DNA from: Felis catus
Taxonomy: Eukaryota
Reading direction: 5' to 3'
Length of the DNA: 64,000 nt
Assembly: GCF_018350175.1 (NCBI RefSeq)
Contig: NC_058368.1
Coordinates: 49,601,815-49,665,814, forward strand
The first letter of the stretch is position 1; each line of letters starts with the position of its first letter. Positions 35,910 to 49,890 of the stretch are shown one piece after another. The translations under genes were made by a program, and so were the position numbers. Below the pieces are notes generated by a model. That model saw only the letters and a list, made by a program, of their open reading frames with translations, was not told where the DNA came from and did not search any database.

Positions 35910-37547
35910 AAAAGGACAAAAATTTATACCATGAAAACATTAAATACAAAAATCAGGATCAAATTATTATTTGATAAAGTAGATTTCAGAACGAAGGAAA
36001 TTACTGGAGACAAAGAAGGACATTACATAATGATACAAGTCATCAATGTACCAGGAAGACATAGCAATCCTAAATGTGTACTCAACAAATAAAAGAGCCT
36101 CAAAATACATGAACCAAAACCTAATAGAGCTTAATTGAGAAAAATTCACAATTACAGTTGGGAACTTAAACACCTTCCTTCCAGAAACTGATAAGACTTA
36201 CAGGCAGAAAATCAGCAAAGATATAGGAGATCTGAACAACACAACCAACAACAAAATTTAATGAACATAATTGAACATTCCACCTAACAACAGCAAAATA
36301 CATATTTTTTTAAGCACCTGTGGGATAGTCACCAACTTAGACCATATCCTAGATCATAAAACAAACTCGGGGTAAAAAAAAAAAGAATTGAAATTAAATA
36401 AGGCATGGACAAATGAGTCATAAATCAAAGAGGACTCTCAAAGGAATTTTTTTAAATACATATAGAATCAAATGAAAACAAAAATATAACATTTTGTTGC
36501 TAAAGCAATGCTGAGAGGAAAATCTATATGGCATTAAATATTTACAGTAAAGATGTGGAAAAATTTTAAACTAATAATGTAAGTTCCTACCTAAAAAAAT
36601 AAAATAAAACAAACAGCAAGAAAACCTAAAACAAGTAGAAGGAAGAAAATAATAAAACAGAAGAAATTAACAAAGTTCAAAATAAGAAAACAATAAAGAA
36701 AATGAATGAGACAAAAAACTAGCTCTTCTTAACATATACACAAAATCAATAAATCCTTCATAGGACTGACCAAAATAAAAATAGAAATGATGCAAATCAC
36801 CATGATTTGTAGGATCTGTAATAAGATCCTATAGTCATTAAAAAGATAATTAGGGAATATTATGAGTAACTTTATGCTCATAAATTCAAGAACTTTGAAG
36901 AAGTGGAACAATTTCTTAAAAATCAAAAACTACCAAGACTCATCCAAGATGAAATAGATGTAAACTACAAAAACAGTAAGAAAAAAGAAAACTACAGACT
37001 AATAGCTCTCATGAACATAGATGCAAAAATCTTTGATAAAATAATAGCAGCCAAAGTCCAACAATGTATAAAACGTATATGGCAAATGGGGAATACAATA
37101 GTATTACTTCACCTTAGTAAAAACCATATATAAAAAACCCCGGAAGGTTACATCATGTAATGGTAAAAGACTGAATGCTTTTTCAAGAAGATTGGGAATA
37201 AAGCAAGAATCCATTCTCACCACTTTTATTCAATATAGTGGTGGTCTACTCACCACTACAGGAAGGTCTACTCACTGCAATAAGAAAAGGAAATAAAAGA
37301 CATACAGAGGAGAAAGGCAGAGATTCAACTGTTTCTATTTGCAGAAAACATGACTATTTACATAGAAAATTCCAAAGAAACTATAAAAAGCCTTCTGGAA
37401 CTAATAAATTAATATAAGTTTATGGCATACGAAGTCAATCCTCATTCTATGAATTATCAATGAACATGTAGAAGACAATGCCTATCAAAATCCCAGCAAG
37501 GTTTTTTGTAGCCATAGACAAATTATTCTAAAATTTACATAAAAACA

Positions 37548-37773
37548 GGGGTGCCTCAGTGGCTCAGTCAGTTGAGCGTCCCAACTTCGGCTCAGGTCAT
37601 GATTTCACCGTTTGTGGGTTTGAGCCCCACATCAGCCTCTGTGCTGACAGCTCAGAGTCTGAAGCCTGCTTCAGATTCTGTGCCTCCCTCTCTCTGCCCC
37701 TCCCCCACTCACACTGTGTCTCTGTCTCTCCAAATGAATAAACATTAAAAAAATTAAATAAATAAAATAAAAC
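37548..37773 (+). mobile_element. Can-SINE (SINEC_Fc-type)
   Basis: Typical body. Duplication aaaatttacataaaaa at 37530-37545 and 37774-37789. Confidence 0.96.
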
Positions 37774-37868
37774 AAAATTTACATAAAAAGGTACAGGACC
37801 TCAAAAAACTAAAACATCTGCATCTTGACTTAAAACAGAATAAATTGAGAGGAATTACACTATTCATT

Positions 37869-38361
37869 TGTAGGAAGCTGAATATTAGCTGTCCAAAATA
37901 CATGTCCATTCTGGAACCAATAAATATATCTTCTATGACAAAAGAGTGAAAATTACCTCATATGGCAAAAGTTGTGATTAAGTTAAAAATCCTGAGAAGA
38001 GGAGCTTATCCATCTGGATGGATGTCAATTATAATCACATATATCCTTACAAGAAAGAGGAAAGGGGAGTTTGGAAACAGACACAGAGATAAAGTATACA
38101 CAGAAGGAAAGGTGAAGTAAAGACAGAGGCAGAGATTGAAACGATGCAGCCACAGTTCAAGAAGCCAAGGATTGCCAACTGCCACCAGAAGCTGAAAGAA
38201 GCAAGGAAGAATTATTTCCTACAGTCTCCAGAGAAAGCACCACCCTGCCTACACCATGCTTTCAGACTTCTGGCCTCCAGAACTGTGAGAGAACACATTT
38301 CTGTTGTTTTCAACCACCAAGTTAACGGTAATGTGTTACAGTGGCCTTTGAAATTAATATA
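37869..38361 (+). mobile_element. MaLR solo LTR (MLT1C-like)
   Basis: gacagaggcagagattg...atgcagccaca...gccaaggattgcc...ccaccagaagctg...cagacttctggcctccagaactgtgagagaa.acatttctgttgtttt. Confidence 0.88.
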
Positions 38362-38936
38362 TAATATAAAAATTTATTGTATACATAAAGTAATTAAGAC
38401 AGTACGATATTGACAGAGGAATAGAGCTATAAGTTAATGGAACGTAGAAAACACAGAAATAGATCCTATGTATATGCTTAACTGATTCTTGACAAAGGTG
38501 CAAAAGCAATTCAATGGAGGACGGGTAGGTTTTGAAAGAAGTGGTGCTACATCAATTAGATATCTTTAGAGCAAATAAAACCCAAAAGCTTTGACCTAAG
38601 CTTTATACCATAGACAAAATGAACTCAAAATGGATCATGTGCTTAAAAATAAAGAGTAAATCATAACACTTTAGGAAAATAAATAAGAGAAAATATGGGA
38701 TTTAGGGTTAGGCAAATAATTCTTAGACTTGACACCAAAAACACAATTCTAAAAGGATAAATTGATAAATCTCATTAAATGCAAAACATTTCATTGTAAT
38801 GGCTCACATAAAGAGGATGAAAAGACAAGCTACAGACTCAGACAATATATCTGCAAACCACATATCCAACAAAGGACTAGATCTAGAATATTTGAAGAAT
38901 TCTAAAATTTCAATAATTTTTTGAAATCCAATTAGA

Positions 38937-39164
38937 GGGGCGCCTGGGTGGCGCAGTCGGTTAAGCGTCCGACTTCAGCCAGGTCACGATCTCACGGTCT
39001 GGGAGTTCGAGCCCCGCGTCAGGCTCTGGGCTGATGGCTCAGAGCCTGGAGCCTGTTTCCGATTCTGTGTCTCCCTCTCTCTCTGCCCCTCCCTCGTTCA
39101 TGCTCTGTCTCTCTCTGTCCCAAAAATAAATAAACGTTGAAAAAAAAATTAAAAAAAAAAAAAA
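38937..39164 (+). mobile_element. Young SINEC_Fc
   Basis: Nearly identical to the 31253 copy. Perfect 14-bp TSD gaaatccaattaga at 38923-38936 and 39165-39178. Confidence 0.98.
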
Positions 39165-40950
39165 GAAATCCAATTAGAAAATAGGCAAAAATAATAACAG
39201 ACATTTATGAATATATAGATGACAAGCACATGAAAATATGTCAACATTATTAGCAATCAGGTAAATAAATACAAATTAAAACAAATAAGGGGCGGGCCAA
39301 GATGGCAGAAGAGCATGGAAGGTGTTTTTTTTTTTGCATCTCTCATTCCTGAAATACAGCCAGATCAACACTAAACCATCCTGCACAGCTAGAAAACTGA
39401 TTTGAGGATTAACACAACAATCTGCACAACCTGAACCACAAAATTCAGCAGGTATGTGGCACGGAGAGGTGAACCGGGGGGGAGAAAGCTGTGGAGGGCA
39501 GGGAGCTGTTTTTGCTTGCAGAGAGAGGATGGAGACGGGGGGAGAGTACAGAAAGCATCCCCCCTGCCCAAAAGTAGCCGGAGAGAACAAAAAAGGGAGA
39601 GAGGACAAAAGGAAAGGGTTTAAATTCCATTAAGACTCTATAAACTGGGGGAATGCAGAGTCTGAAACTCCACAGGTGGATACCTGGTGGTGCTCTGGTG
39701 GGAAGGGCAAATCCCCAGGAGCAGAGAGCAAGGTCCTCAGGGTCCTCATACCACACAGGGAGAAGAGTTTCCCCTGCTGAGAGGACATTTGGTAGAGGCT
39801 CTGTGGCCACCCCACAGCCAAAGGTCCCAGCAGACCCCAGAGAACAACCACATTCACTGGTGCTAGAACAAGGATGCTAAAGGGGAAGTCTGGCGCCAGA
39901 TGTGTTGTGATTTTCCATAATCCCTGAAACGCTGCTGCTACACAATCGAGTGAACATTTTCTGGGGCAGGCTGGTGCCCAGTCACAGTCTCTGGGCATCA
40001 GCAGCAGAGCAATCTCCCCGACATTCCTGGGGGAGGGCCAGCACCCGGCCAGTGTTCAGTGAGACCCTCCCCGCAGAAGATTTCAGTGGATCAAAGCCAC
40101 ACTCCCTCAGAAGAGAGGGGTTGGGAAACACAGCCACATCTGAGATAAAACTCAGGAGGGAGGTGCCCCCTGGCAACCTAATGGCTTGGTCATGGACAGT
40201 GTAAAAGTGGGGAGTGGACAGAAGCCGGGGACAAAGGAGGGAACACGACTGCTGGTCAAGGAGAGCACAGAGTTCTGATACTAGAGACTGGGTAGCTGGG
40301 TGACGCCAATTTCACCACTCTGGCACATGTGCATACACACCTACAGGCACCACAACAATCCACCCCAGTAAGCTAAGCAGCACCATCTAGCAAAGAACAG
40401 AGTTGTTACACTAAGCCCCGCCCAACTGGGGTCAATGTCACTTGTCAGGAACAACACAAGTCTCTCCGCCTGCTTACATTATGGACTATAAAGTATTTCA
40501 TAGTTTGACTTCTAGGAGAAACCGATGTAATTTCACTCATACTTCAGTCTGTTTGCTGGTCCATCTATTCATTTTTTTTCTTTTATTATTCTTGAATACA
40601 GAAAGAGAAAAAAATTATTTTTATTTTCCATTTCTATTAAAAGTATTTTTCTTTAATTTTTTTACTATATTTTTATTTTGTAAATTTTTCAAATTCTATT
40701 TTTTAACTTCCATCATTTCATTTGATTCTATTTCATTGTATGCATTCCTTTAAATTTTTCAAATATTTTCTCTTTTCTCTTTCTTTTCTTTTCTTTTTTG
40801 TATCTTTTGCTTTTTTCTCTAATCTATCAAGCTCCTTTCAACAACCAGACCAGAACACACCTAGGATCTAGCATCCTTTACTTGAATTTTTTTGGGTTGT
40901 TTTTAATTTTAATTTTTTTTTACCTTATTAATTCCTCTTCTTCCTTCAAA

Positions 40951-41827
40951 ATGACAAAATGAAGGAATTCACCCTAAAAGAAAGAACAGTAAGAAATGAC
41001 AGCCAGGGACTTATTCAACACAGAGACAAGCAAGATGTATGAACTAGAATTTAGAATCATGATAATAAGAATACTAGCTGGGGTTGAAAACAGATTAAAA
41101 TCCCTTTCTGCAGAGATAAAACCTAGTCAGGATGAAATAAAAAATGCTATAACTGAGCTGCAATCTCGACTGGTTGCCACAGCAGCAAGAATGGATGAGG
41201 CAAAGCAGTAAATCATCGATATAGAGGACAAACTAATGGAGAACAATGAAGCAGAAAAAAAGAGGGAGACTAAGGCAAAAGAACGTGATATAAGAATTAG
41301 AGAAACGAGTGACTCATTAAAAAAGAAGAACATCAGAATCATAGGGGTCCCAGAAGGTGAAGAGAGAGGAAAGGGGTAGAAGGGTAATGTGAGCAAATAA
41401 TAGTGGAAAACTTTCCTAACCTGGGGAACCACACAGACATCAAAATCCAGGAAGCACACAGCACCCCCACCCCATTAGATTCAACACAAAACAACCATCA
41501 ATAAGACATACCCTAGTCAAATTCACAAAATACTCAGGCAAGGAAAGAATCATGAAAGCAGCAAGTGAAAAAAAGTCCTTAACCTACAAGGGAAAACAGA
41601 TCAGGTTTGCAACAGACCTATCCACAGAAACTTGGCAGGCCAGAAAGGAATGGCAGGATATATTCATTGTGCTGAGTCAGAAAAATATGCAGCCAAGAAC
41701 TCTTTATCCAGCAAGGCTGTCATTCAACACAGAAGGAGAGATTAAAAGTTTCCCAGACAAACAAAAATTAAAGGAGTTCGTGACCACTAAATCAGCCCTG
41801 CAAGAAATTTTAAGGGGAACTCTCTGA
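40951..41827 (+). pseudogene. L1 ORF1p pseudogene
   Basis: Fragments MTARDL...ELEFRIMIIRIL and KGKQIRFATDLSTETWQARKEWQDIF...PRTLYPARLSF...KEFVTTKSALQEILRG. Early stop codons. Confidence 0.92.
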
Positions 41828-41936
41828 AGAGAGAAGAGATGACCAAAAAAAAAAGGAGAAGAAAGAAAAAAAAAGCTACAAAGATTAGAAGGAACCAGAG
41901 AACACCACCAGAAATTCCAACTCTACTGGCAACATA

Positions 41937-44900
41937 ATGGCAATAAATTCATCTTTCAGCACTCACTCTAAATATCAATGGACTAAATGCTCCAATCAAA
42001 AGGCATAGGATAACAGAATGGATAAGAAAACAAGATATGCTGTTTACAATAGACCCACTTTGGACCTAAAGACACCTTCAGATTAAAAGTAAGGAGATGG
42101 AGAACCATCTGTCATGCTAATCGTCACCAAAAGAAAGCCAGAGTAGCCATACTTATATCAGACAATCTAGACTTTAAAATAAACAATGTAACAAGAGATG
42201 AAGAAGGGCATTATATCATAATTAAGGGGTCTATCCACCAAGAAGACCTAAAAATTAAAAACATTTATGTTCCAAATGTGAGAGCACCCAAATATATAAA
42301 TCAATGAAACACAATCATAAAGAAATTCATTGATAATAATACCATAATAGTAGGGGACTTCAACACCCTACTTACGACAACGCACATTTCATCTAAACAG
42401 AAAATTAACAAGGAAACAATGGCTTTGAATGACACACTGGACCAGATGGACTTAACAGATATATTCAGAACATTTCATCCTAAAGCAGCAGAATATATAT
42501 TCTTCTCCAGTGCATGTGGAACATTCTCCAGAAGAGACTTCATACTGGGACAAACATCAGCCCTCAACAAGTAGAAAAAGATCGACATCATACCGTGCAT
42601 ATTTTCAGAACACAACACTATGAAACTCGAAATTAACCACAAGAAAAAATTTGGAAAGATAACAAATACTTGGAGACTAAAGACCATCCTACTAAAGAAA
42701 GAATGGGCTAACCAAGAAGTTAAAGAGGAAATTAAAAAGTACATGGAAGCCAATGAAAATGATAACACCACAGCCCAAAACCTCTGGGACGCAGCAAAGG
42801 TGGTCATAAGAGGGAAGTATATAGCAATCCAGGCCTTCCTAAAGAAGGAAGAAAGGTCTCAGATACACAACCTAACCTTACACCTTAAAGCGCTGGAAAA
42901 AGAACAGCAAATAAAACCCAAAAACAGAAGACAGGAAATAATAAAAATTAGAGCAGAAATTAATGCTATCGAAACAACAACAACAACAAAAAACAGTAGA
43001 ACAGATCAATGAAACCAGAAGCTGGTTCCCTGAAAGAATTAACAAAATTGATAAACCACTAGCCAGTATGATCAGGAAGAAAAAGGAAAGAACCCAAATA
43101 AATAAGATCAAGAATGAAAGAGGAGAGACCACAACCAATGCAACAGAAATAAAAACAATAAAAAGAGAATATTACGAGAAATTATACACCAATAAAATGG
43201 GCAATCTGGAAGAAATGGACAAATTCCTAGAAATATATACACTACCAAAACTGAAACAGGAAGAAATAGAAAATTTGAACAGACCCATAACCAGTAAAGA
43301 AATTGAAGTAGTAATAAAAAGTCTCCCCAAAACAAGAGTCCAGGGCCAGATGGCTTTCCAGGGGAATTCTACCAAACATTTAAGGAAGAGTTGACACCTA
43401 TTTTCTTAAAGCCGTTCCAAAAAATAGAAATGGAAAGAAAACTTCCAAACTCTTTCTATGAAGCCAGCATTACCTTGATTCCAAAACCAGACAAAGACCC
43501 CACTAAAAAGGAGAACTATAGACCAATTTCCCTGATGAACATGGATGCAAAAATCCTCAACAAGATACTAGCCAACCAGATCCAACAATACATTAAAAAA
43601 ATTATTCACCCACAACCAAGTGGGAATCATACCTAGTATGCAGGGCTGGCTCAATATCCGCAAAACAATTAACATGATTCATCACATCAATAAAAGAAAG
43701 GACAAGAACCACATGATCCTCTCAATAGACACAGAGAAAAGATTTGACAAACTACAGCATCCTTTCTTGACAAAAACCCTCAAGAAAGTAGGGATAGAAG
43801 GATCATACCTCAAGATCATAAAAGCCATAGATGAAAGATCCAATGCTAATATCATCCTCAATGGGGAAAAACTGAGAACTTTCCCCCGAAGGTCAGGAAC
43901 AAGACAGGGATGTCCACTCTCACCACTGTTATTCAACATAGTATTGGAAGTCTTAGCCTCAGCAATCAGACAAGACAAAGAAATAAAAGGCATCCAAATT
44001 GGCCAAGAGGATGCCAAAATTTCATTCTTCACAGATGGACATGATACTTTATATGGAAAATCCAAAAGACTCCACCAAAAAACTGCTGGAACTGATCCAT
44101 GAATTCAGCAAAGTTGCAGGGTATAAAATCAATGAACAGAAATCAGGTGGATTCCTATACACCAACAATGAAGCAACAGAAAGAGAAATCAAAGAATCGA
44201 TCCCATTTACAATTGCACCAAAAACCATAAAATACCTAGGAATAAATCAAACTATAGAGGTGAAAAATCTATACACTGAAAACTACAGAAAGTTTATGAA
44301 AGAAATTGAAAAAGACACAAAACAATGGAAAAATGTTTCATGCTCCTGGATAGGAAGAACAAATATTGTTAAAAAGTCAATACTACCCATAGCAATCTAC
44401 ATATTCAATGCAATGCCTATCAAAATAACACCAGTACTCTTCACTGAGCTAGAACACACAATCCTAAAACTTGTATGGAACCAGAAGAGACCCTGAATAA
44501 CCAAAGCAATCTTGAAAAAGAAAACCAAAGCAAGAGGCATCACAATCCTGGACTTCAAGCTGTATTACAAAGCTGTAATCATCAAGACAGTATGGTACTG
44601 GCACAAGAACAGACACTCAGATCAATGGAACAGAATAGAGAACCCCGAAATGGGAAAACTGGACAGCGACATGCAGAAAGATGAACCTGGACTTTCTAAC
44701 ACCATACACAAAAATAAACTCAAATGGATGAAAGACCTAAAGGTAAGACAGGAAGCCATCCAAATCCTTGAGGAGAAAGCAGGCAAAAACCTCTTTGATC
44801 TTAGCCACAGCAACTTCTTACTCACCACGTCTCCAGAGGCAAGGGAAACAAAAGCAAAATGAACTATTGGGACCTTATCAAAATAAAAAGCTTCTGCACA

Positions 44901-45660
44901 GCGAAGGAAACAATCAGCAAAACTAAAAGGCAATGGACAGAATGGGAGAAGATATTTGCAAATGACATATCAGATAAAGGGTTAGTATCCAAAATCTATA
45001 GAGAACTTACTAAACTCAACACCCAAAAAAACAAATAATCCAGTGAAGAAATGGGCAAAAGACATGAATAGACACTTCTCCAAGGAAGACATCCAGATGG
45101 CCAAGTGACACATGAAAAAATGCTAAACATCACTCATCATCAGGGAAATACAAATCAAAACCACAATGAGAGACCACCTCACACCTGTCACAGTGGCTGA
45201 CATTAACAACCCAGGCAGCAACAGATGTTGGCGAGGATGCGGAGAAAGAGCATCTCTTTTGCACTGCTGGTGGGAATGCCAACTGGTGCAGCCATTCTGG
45301 AAAACAGTAGGGAGGTTCCTCAAAAAATTAAAAATAGAACTACGCTATGACCCAGCAATTGCACTACTAGGTATTTATCCAAGGGATACAGGTGTGCTGT
45401 TTCAAAAGGACACATGCACCCCAATGTTTATAGCAGCAGTATCAATAATAGCCAAAGCATGGAAAGAGCCCAAATATCTAGTGATAGATACATAGATAAA
45501 GAAGATGTGGTATACATATATGGTGGAGTATTACTCAGCAATCAAAAGGAATGAAATCTTGCCATTCACAACTACATGGATGGAAGTAGAGGGTATTATG
45601 CTAAGCGAAATGAGTCAGTCAGAGAAAGACAAATATTATATGACTTCACTCATATGAGTA
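41937..45660 (+). pseudogene. L1 ORF2p (APE endonuclease / reverse transcriptase) pseudogene
   Basis: Fragments [61 protein letters not shown]. Multiple frameshifts, including a 1-nt insertion in the F(A)DD motif at ~44037. Confidence 0.95.
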
Positions 45661-46265
45661 CTTTAAGATACAAAATAGATGAACATAAGGGAAAGGAAGC
45701 AAAAATAATATAAAAAAAGGGAGGGAGACAAAACATAAGAGACTCTTCAATATAGAGAACAGAGAGTTGCTAGAAGGGTTGTGGGAGAGGAGATGGGCTA
45801 AACGGGTAAGGGGCTTAAGGAATTTACTGAAATCAGTGTTGCATCACGTGCTAACTAGCTTGGATGTAAATTATAAAAAAAAAATAAATTACAGAAAAAA
45901 ATGAGATATCACTACACATGTATCAGAAAAACTAAAATGAAAAATAGTGATAGCACCAAATGCTGCTGAGGATGAGGAGAAACTAGATCATTCATACACT
46001 GCTGGTAGAAATCTAAAATGATACAGCCACTCTAGAAAATGGTTGGATAGTTTCTTATCAGTCTAAACATACAATTACCATATGACCCAACAATTGACTA
46101 CTATTAGACTCTAATTCCAAAAAAAGTAATAATAAAAACCTAAGTTACACAAAAACCTGTACATAAATGCTCTCCCAGGCATTATGCTGAGGTGAAAAAG
46201 CCAATTCCCAAAAGTTACATACTATACAATTTCATTTATATAACATTTTGAAATAATAAATTTTA

Positions 46266-46502
46266 TTTTAAAATAATTTTTAATGTTTATTTTTGAGAGA
46301 GAGAGAGACAGAGACAGAGAGAAAGAAAAAGAATACGAGTGGGGTATGGTCAGAGAGAGACAGAGACACAAAAAATCCAAAGCAGGCTCCAAGCTCTGAG
46401 CTGTCAGCACAGAACCCAACACAGGGCTCGAACCCACAAGCCAGGAGATCATGACCTGAGCCAAAGTCGGACGCTCAACCATCTGAGCCACCCAGGTGTC
46501 CC
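46266..46502 (-). mobile_element. Can-SINE (SINEC_Fc-type)
   Basis: Reverse-strand body. TSD gaaat[a/g]ataaatttta at 46250-46265 and 46505-46520. Confidence 0.95.
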
Positions 46503-47727
46503 AGGAAATGATAAATTTTAGAAATAAAGAACAGACGAGTGATTTCCAAGGATTAGGGATGGGATTGTAGGACCCAGGTGGCAAGAGGGAGTTAGATACG
46601 GTAAAAGGCCAAACTTTAGAAAATCTCAAATGAAAAGATTTTTTAAAAAAGAAAAAATTGCATTAAAAAAACCATGCTGAGTAATCTAACTCTTCAATGA
46701 GTGTTTTGAAGTGATTTGTCAATCTACATAGATAAATTTTACTAGACTGTAAGAGTAAGCCATTTCTAATATACACGAGAAAATCTAAAATAAACATTGT
46801 GAAGGACATTCCTTTCAAACTTTCATAGCATTTGTTATGTGAATATTAATACTGTATATTCACTCTACTATGTGATTTTTGTAATTATTTAGAATCAAAT
46901 TCCATAAATGTTTTTCATTATTGCTCCAGCCTGTGTAATTGTTCTTGCAGATCTGAGAACACATACAGCTCTAAGGAATCTATTTCTCTTCACATTTGAC
47001 ATGAGGAATACTTGTTCACATATCCCCTTATATACTTCTGAAATTATTAAATGAACATTGATTATGTCTGTGTCTTGAATTATATGTGTGAAAAAAACGT
47101 ACTGCTTTTATTGACATCATTGCTACAGATTTCTTAATTAATCCACAATACCGTCACAATTCTATATACACCTGAGTGCCAGTTTAGAAATTATTTAAGC
47201 ATGCATTCCTCTAAAATCATAGCATCTTAAGTCTTTTATTAAATGAAGTTTTCACTCTATAATACAAAAGCAGTAAATTTTCATTACAGAAAACACAAAT
47301 TAAAAATTAAAATGCCAACTTCTGAAGAAGATGGCAAAGCAGAATACTAAGCTCACCTCATCCCACAGATACAACTAAATGACATCTGCACCAGTGTAAA
47401 TAACCCAGAAAACAACCCAAAGACTGGCAGAATAGACTCTCCAAAGATAAATGTAGAGGACACATGGAGAGTGTAGGAAATGCAGAGACACAGTTGAGAG
47501 TTAAACAGAGACACAGAACTACATACAGTAAAGAGAGATATGGTGGGCACAGAGAGAGGAGAGGAAGAGATCCCACAGCAGTCACCCCAGGCATGGGGGG
47601 TCCACACTGGGAAGACAAATCCACATAACATTTGGCTTGGAAAATAAGTGGCAGGGGGGGTGCTAATTTTGCAAGTTGTTATAATCACCGAGGCTTAACA
47701 TGTGAACCTTTAAAAATCAGTGGGCTT

Positions 47728-47942
47728 GGGGTACCTGGGTGGTTCAGTCAGTTAAGCACCGAACTCTCTGTTTCCACTCAGGTCATGATCTCAAAGTTCA
47801 TGGGTTTCAGCCCCACATTGGACTCTGTGCTGACAGTATAGAGCCTGCTTGGGATTCTCTCTCTGTCCCTCTCTCTCTGCCCCACTCCGACTCTCTCGGT
47901 CTCTCTTTCAAAAATAAATAAATAAATACTTTAAAAAAATTT
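47728..47942 (+). mobile_element. Can-SINE nested in the L1 5'UTR
   Basis: ggggtacctgggtggttcagtcagttaagc...; TSD aaatcagtg[g/a]g; absent from the sister copy (~8805). Confidence 0.93.
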
Positions 47943-48978
47943 AAATCAGTGAGTTCAACTCTGGGAGATCTAGGAGCATGAGAGGAATCTAAATCCCCAC
48001 CCTTAAAGAGACAGCACACCATCAGACCTGCTGAGATATGGCATAGAAGCAGCAGGTTGAAAAATACCTGGGGTACATGGCAGGGAGATTTGTTTACAAA
48101 TCTTGTAACTAGAGGAGCAGAGATCTTTTAGGAGACTTCTCTGAGAACAAAAGAGTTGTGAGTACCATTTCTTTCCCTCACCCCCTAGCCTAGATACAGG
48201 GACACGTGCAGGAACCATCACAACTCAAACATTCTCCACTTACCTTTCCAAAAGATGCCCAGTCCCCATGTTCTCCTGTGGACACACCCCCTGCATCCCA
48301 GCCTTGGCAGGAGTTTCCTAGGTGGCTATTGCTCCCCTACCACAGCAGACCAGCAGACCTTGATGGCACTACATGCCCCACCCCACCCTGAAGATCACCT
48401 GTAGACCCTCCCTCAGCAGGAGTCCATACAAAGTGTGTGACAAGCCTGGCAGCATGCAAGTAGCCGCAAAAAGGGCCAGCACCATTCCAAAATGACTCCT
48501 GCCCCTGGGAGAGGGGAAGATAACTACACACACCATCCAACTGTGTCAACAGCAATGGCAGGGGGCAGGCAGCTGGTCTGACTGCAGACCCCAACAATCA
48601 ATGAAAGCTTCTCAAGGGACAACATAAGGAAACTGCCCTGAAGTTTGGTGCTACCACAATTCTGGCAAACACCAGGTCTGACTCAACTCAAGGCCAAAGT
48701 GGCCCCAAACTGGCCCAGTAACCTCATAGGGACCAAACCCTGCCCATAACATGCAGAGAACCCACCGCAGATGACAGGGCCAAAGACAAACACTGCTCAG
48801 TCACAATAGGATGCATGCAACACACATAAAAGACACCCCTAAAGCGTCAGGTTTTGGTGAACAGAGGACATTGCACTGCAGGGCACTATAGGACCTCTTC
48901 TTCATAAGGCCACTACTTTCAAGAGCAGGAGATGTAGCTGACTTTCCTACCACATGGAAACAGAGAAAGTTAGTCAAA

Positions 48979-49890
48979 ATGAAGAGACAGAGGAACATGC
49001 CCCAAGTGAAACAACAGGAAAAAAAAATCACAGGAAGAGAACAAAATGAAAGGGAGAGAAGTAAAATGCCTGACAGAGAATTTAAAGTAATGGTAATAAA
49101 GATACTCATAATAAAGAAAAGAGTGGAGGACCTCAATAAGACCCTCAACAAAGAAATAAAGAACACAGAAAAGAACCAATTAGAGATGAAGAACTCAATA
49201 ACTGAAATTAAAAATACACTAGAGGGAATAAATAGTAGGCCAGACAAAGCAGAAGGATGGATGGGCAACCTGGAGAACAGACCAGTGGAAAGCAATCAAA
49301 CTGAACAGGAGAGAGAAGAAAGAATAATAAAAAAATGAAAACAGACTAAAGGATCTCAACACCATCAACCACAATAACATTCACATTATAGGGATCCCAG
49401 AAGGAGGAAAGAGAGAAAAGGGGACAGAAAATGTATTTGAAAAAATAATAGCTCAAACCTTCCCAAATCTGGGGAAGGAAACAGAAATCTAGATCAGGGA
49501 GGCACAGAGAACCCCCGACAAAACCAACCCAAGAAGGTCCACACCAAGACACATAGTAATTAAAATGGCAAAAAGTAGTGATAGAGAATTTTAAAAGAAG
49601 CAGTAGGAAAGAAAACAGTTATGTACAAGGTAAACCCCATAAAGCAATCAGCAGATTTTTCAGGAGAAACTATGAAGACCACAAGAGAGTGGCATGGTAC
49701 ATTCACGGTGCTGGGTGGGGGGGGGGGGGGGAACAAACAAAAAAAACCTACAACCAAGAATATTCTATCCAGAAAGGCTATCATTCAGAATAGAAGGAAA
49801 GATAAAGAATTTCTCAGACAAACAAAAGTTAAAGGAATTCATGACCACTAAACTAGCCCTATAAGAAATGTTAAGAGAGACTCTTAGTGG
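48979..49890 (+). pseudogene. L1 ORF1p pseudogene
   Basis: 119-aa ORF MKRQRNMPQ...PDREFKVMVIKIL...EMKNSITEIKNTLEGINSR (coiled-coil region), followed by frameshifts. Confidence 0.9.

Larger units (their letters stand above)
39289..45900 (+). mobile_element. Full-length felid LINE-1 (inactive)
   Basis: G-rich 5'UTR starting ggggcgggccaagatggc, T-rich tract, ORF1, ORF2, 3'UTR and A tail. The host L1M resumes at atgagatatcactacac. Confidence 0.95.
33800..46620 (+). mobile_element. Old L1M (L1MC/MD-like) host element, fragmented by about nine later insertions
   Basis: Colinear ORF2 pieces (gtagatttcaga, aactacagactaatagctctcatgaacatagatgcaaaaatc = ENYRLIALMNIDAKI, ctatttgcagaaaacatg, tgacaaaggtgcaaaagcaattcaatgg) resume after each insertion. 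3'UTR at 46150-46620. 5' boundary uncertain. Confidence 0.75.

Noticed and set aside
39276..40204. Overlapping antisense ORFs in the L1 5'UTR as an ORF0-like gene
   Set aside because: Several overlapping frames of similar length in GC-richer sequence, with no recognisable motif. ORF0 is described for primate L1 and nothing here links these ORFs to it.
42620..45495. Cluster of 100-165 aa ORFs as a novel reverse-transcriptase system or host gene
   Set aside because: They are consecutive frameshifted pieces of standard LINE-1 ORF2p, and the catalytic motif is disrupted.
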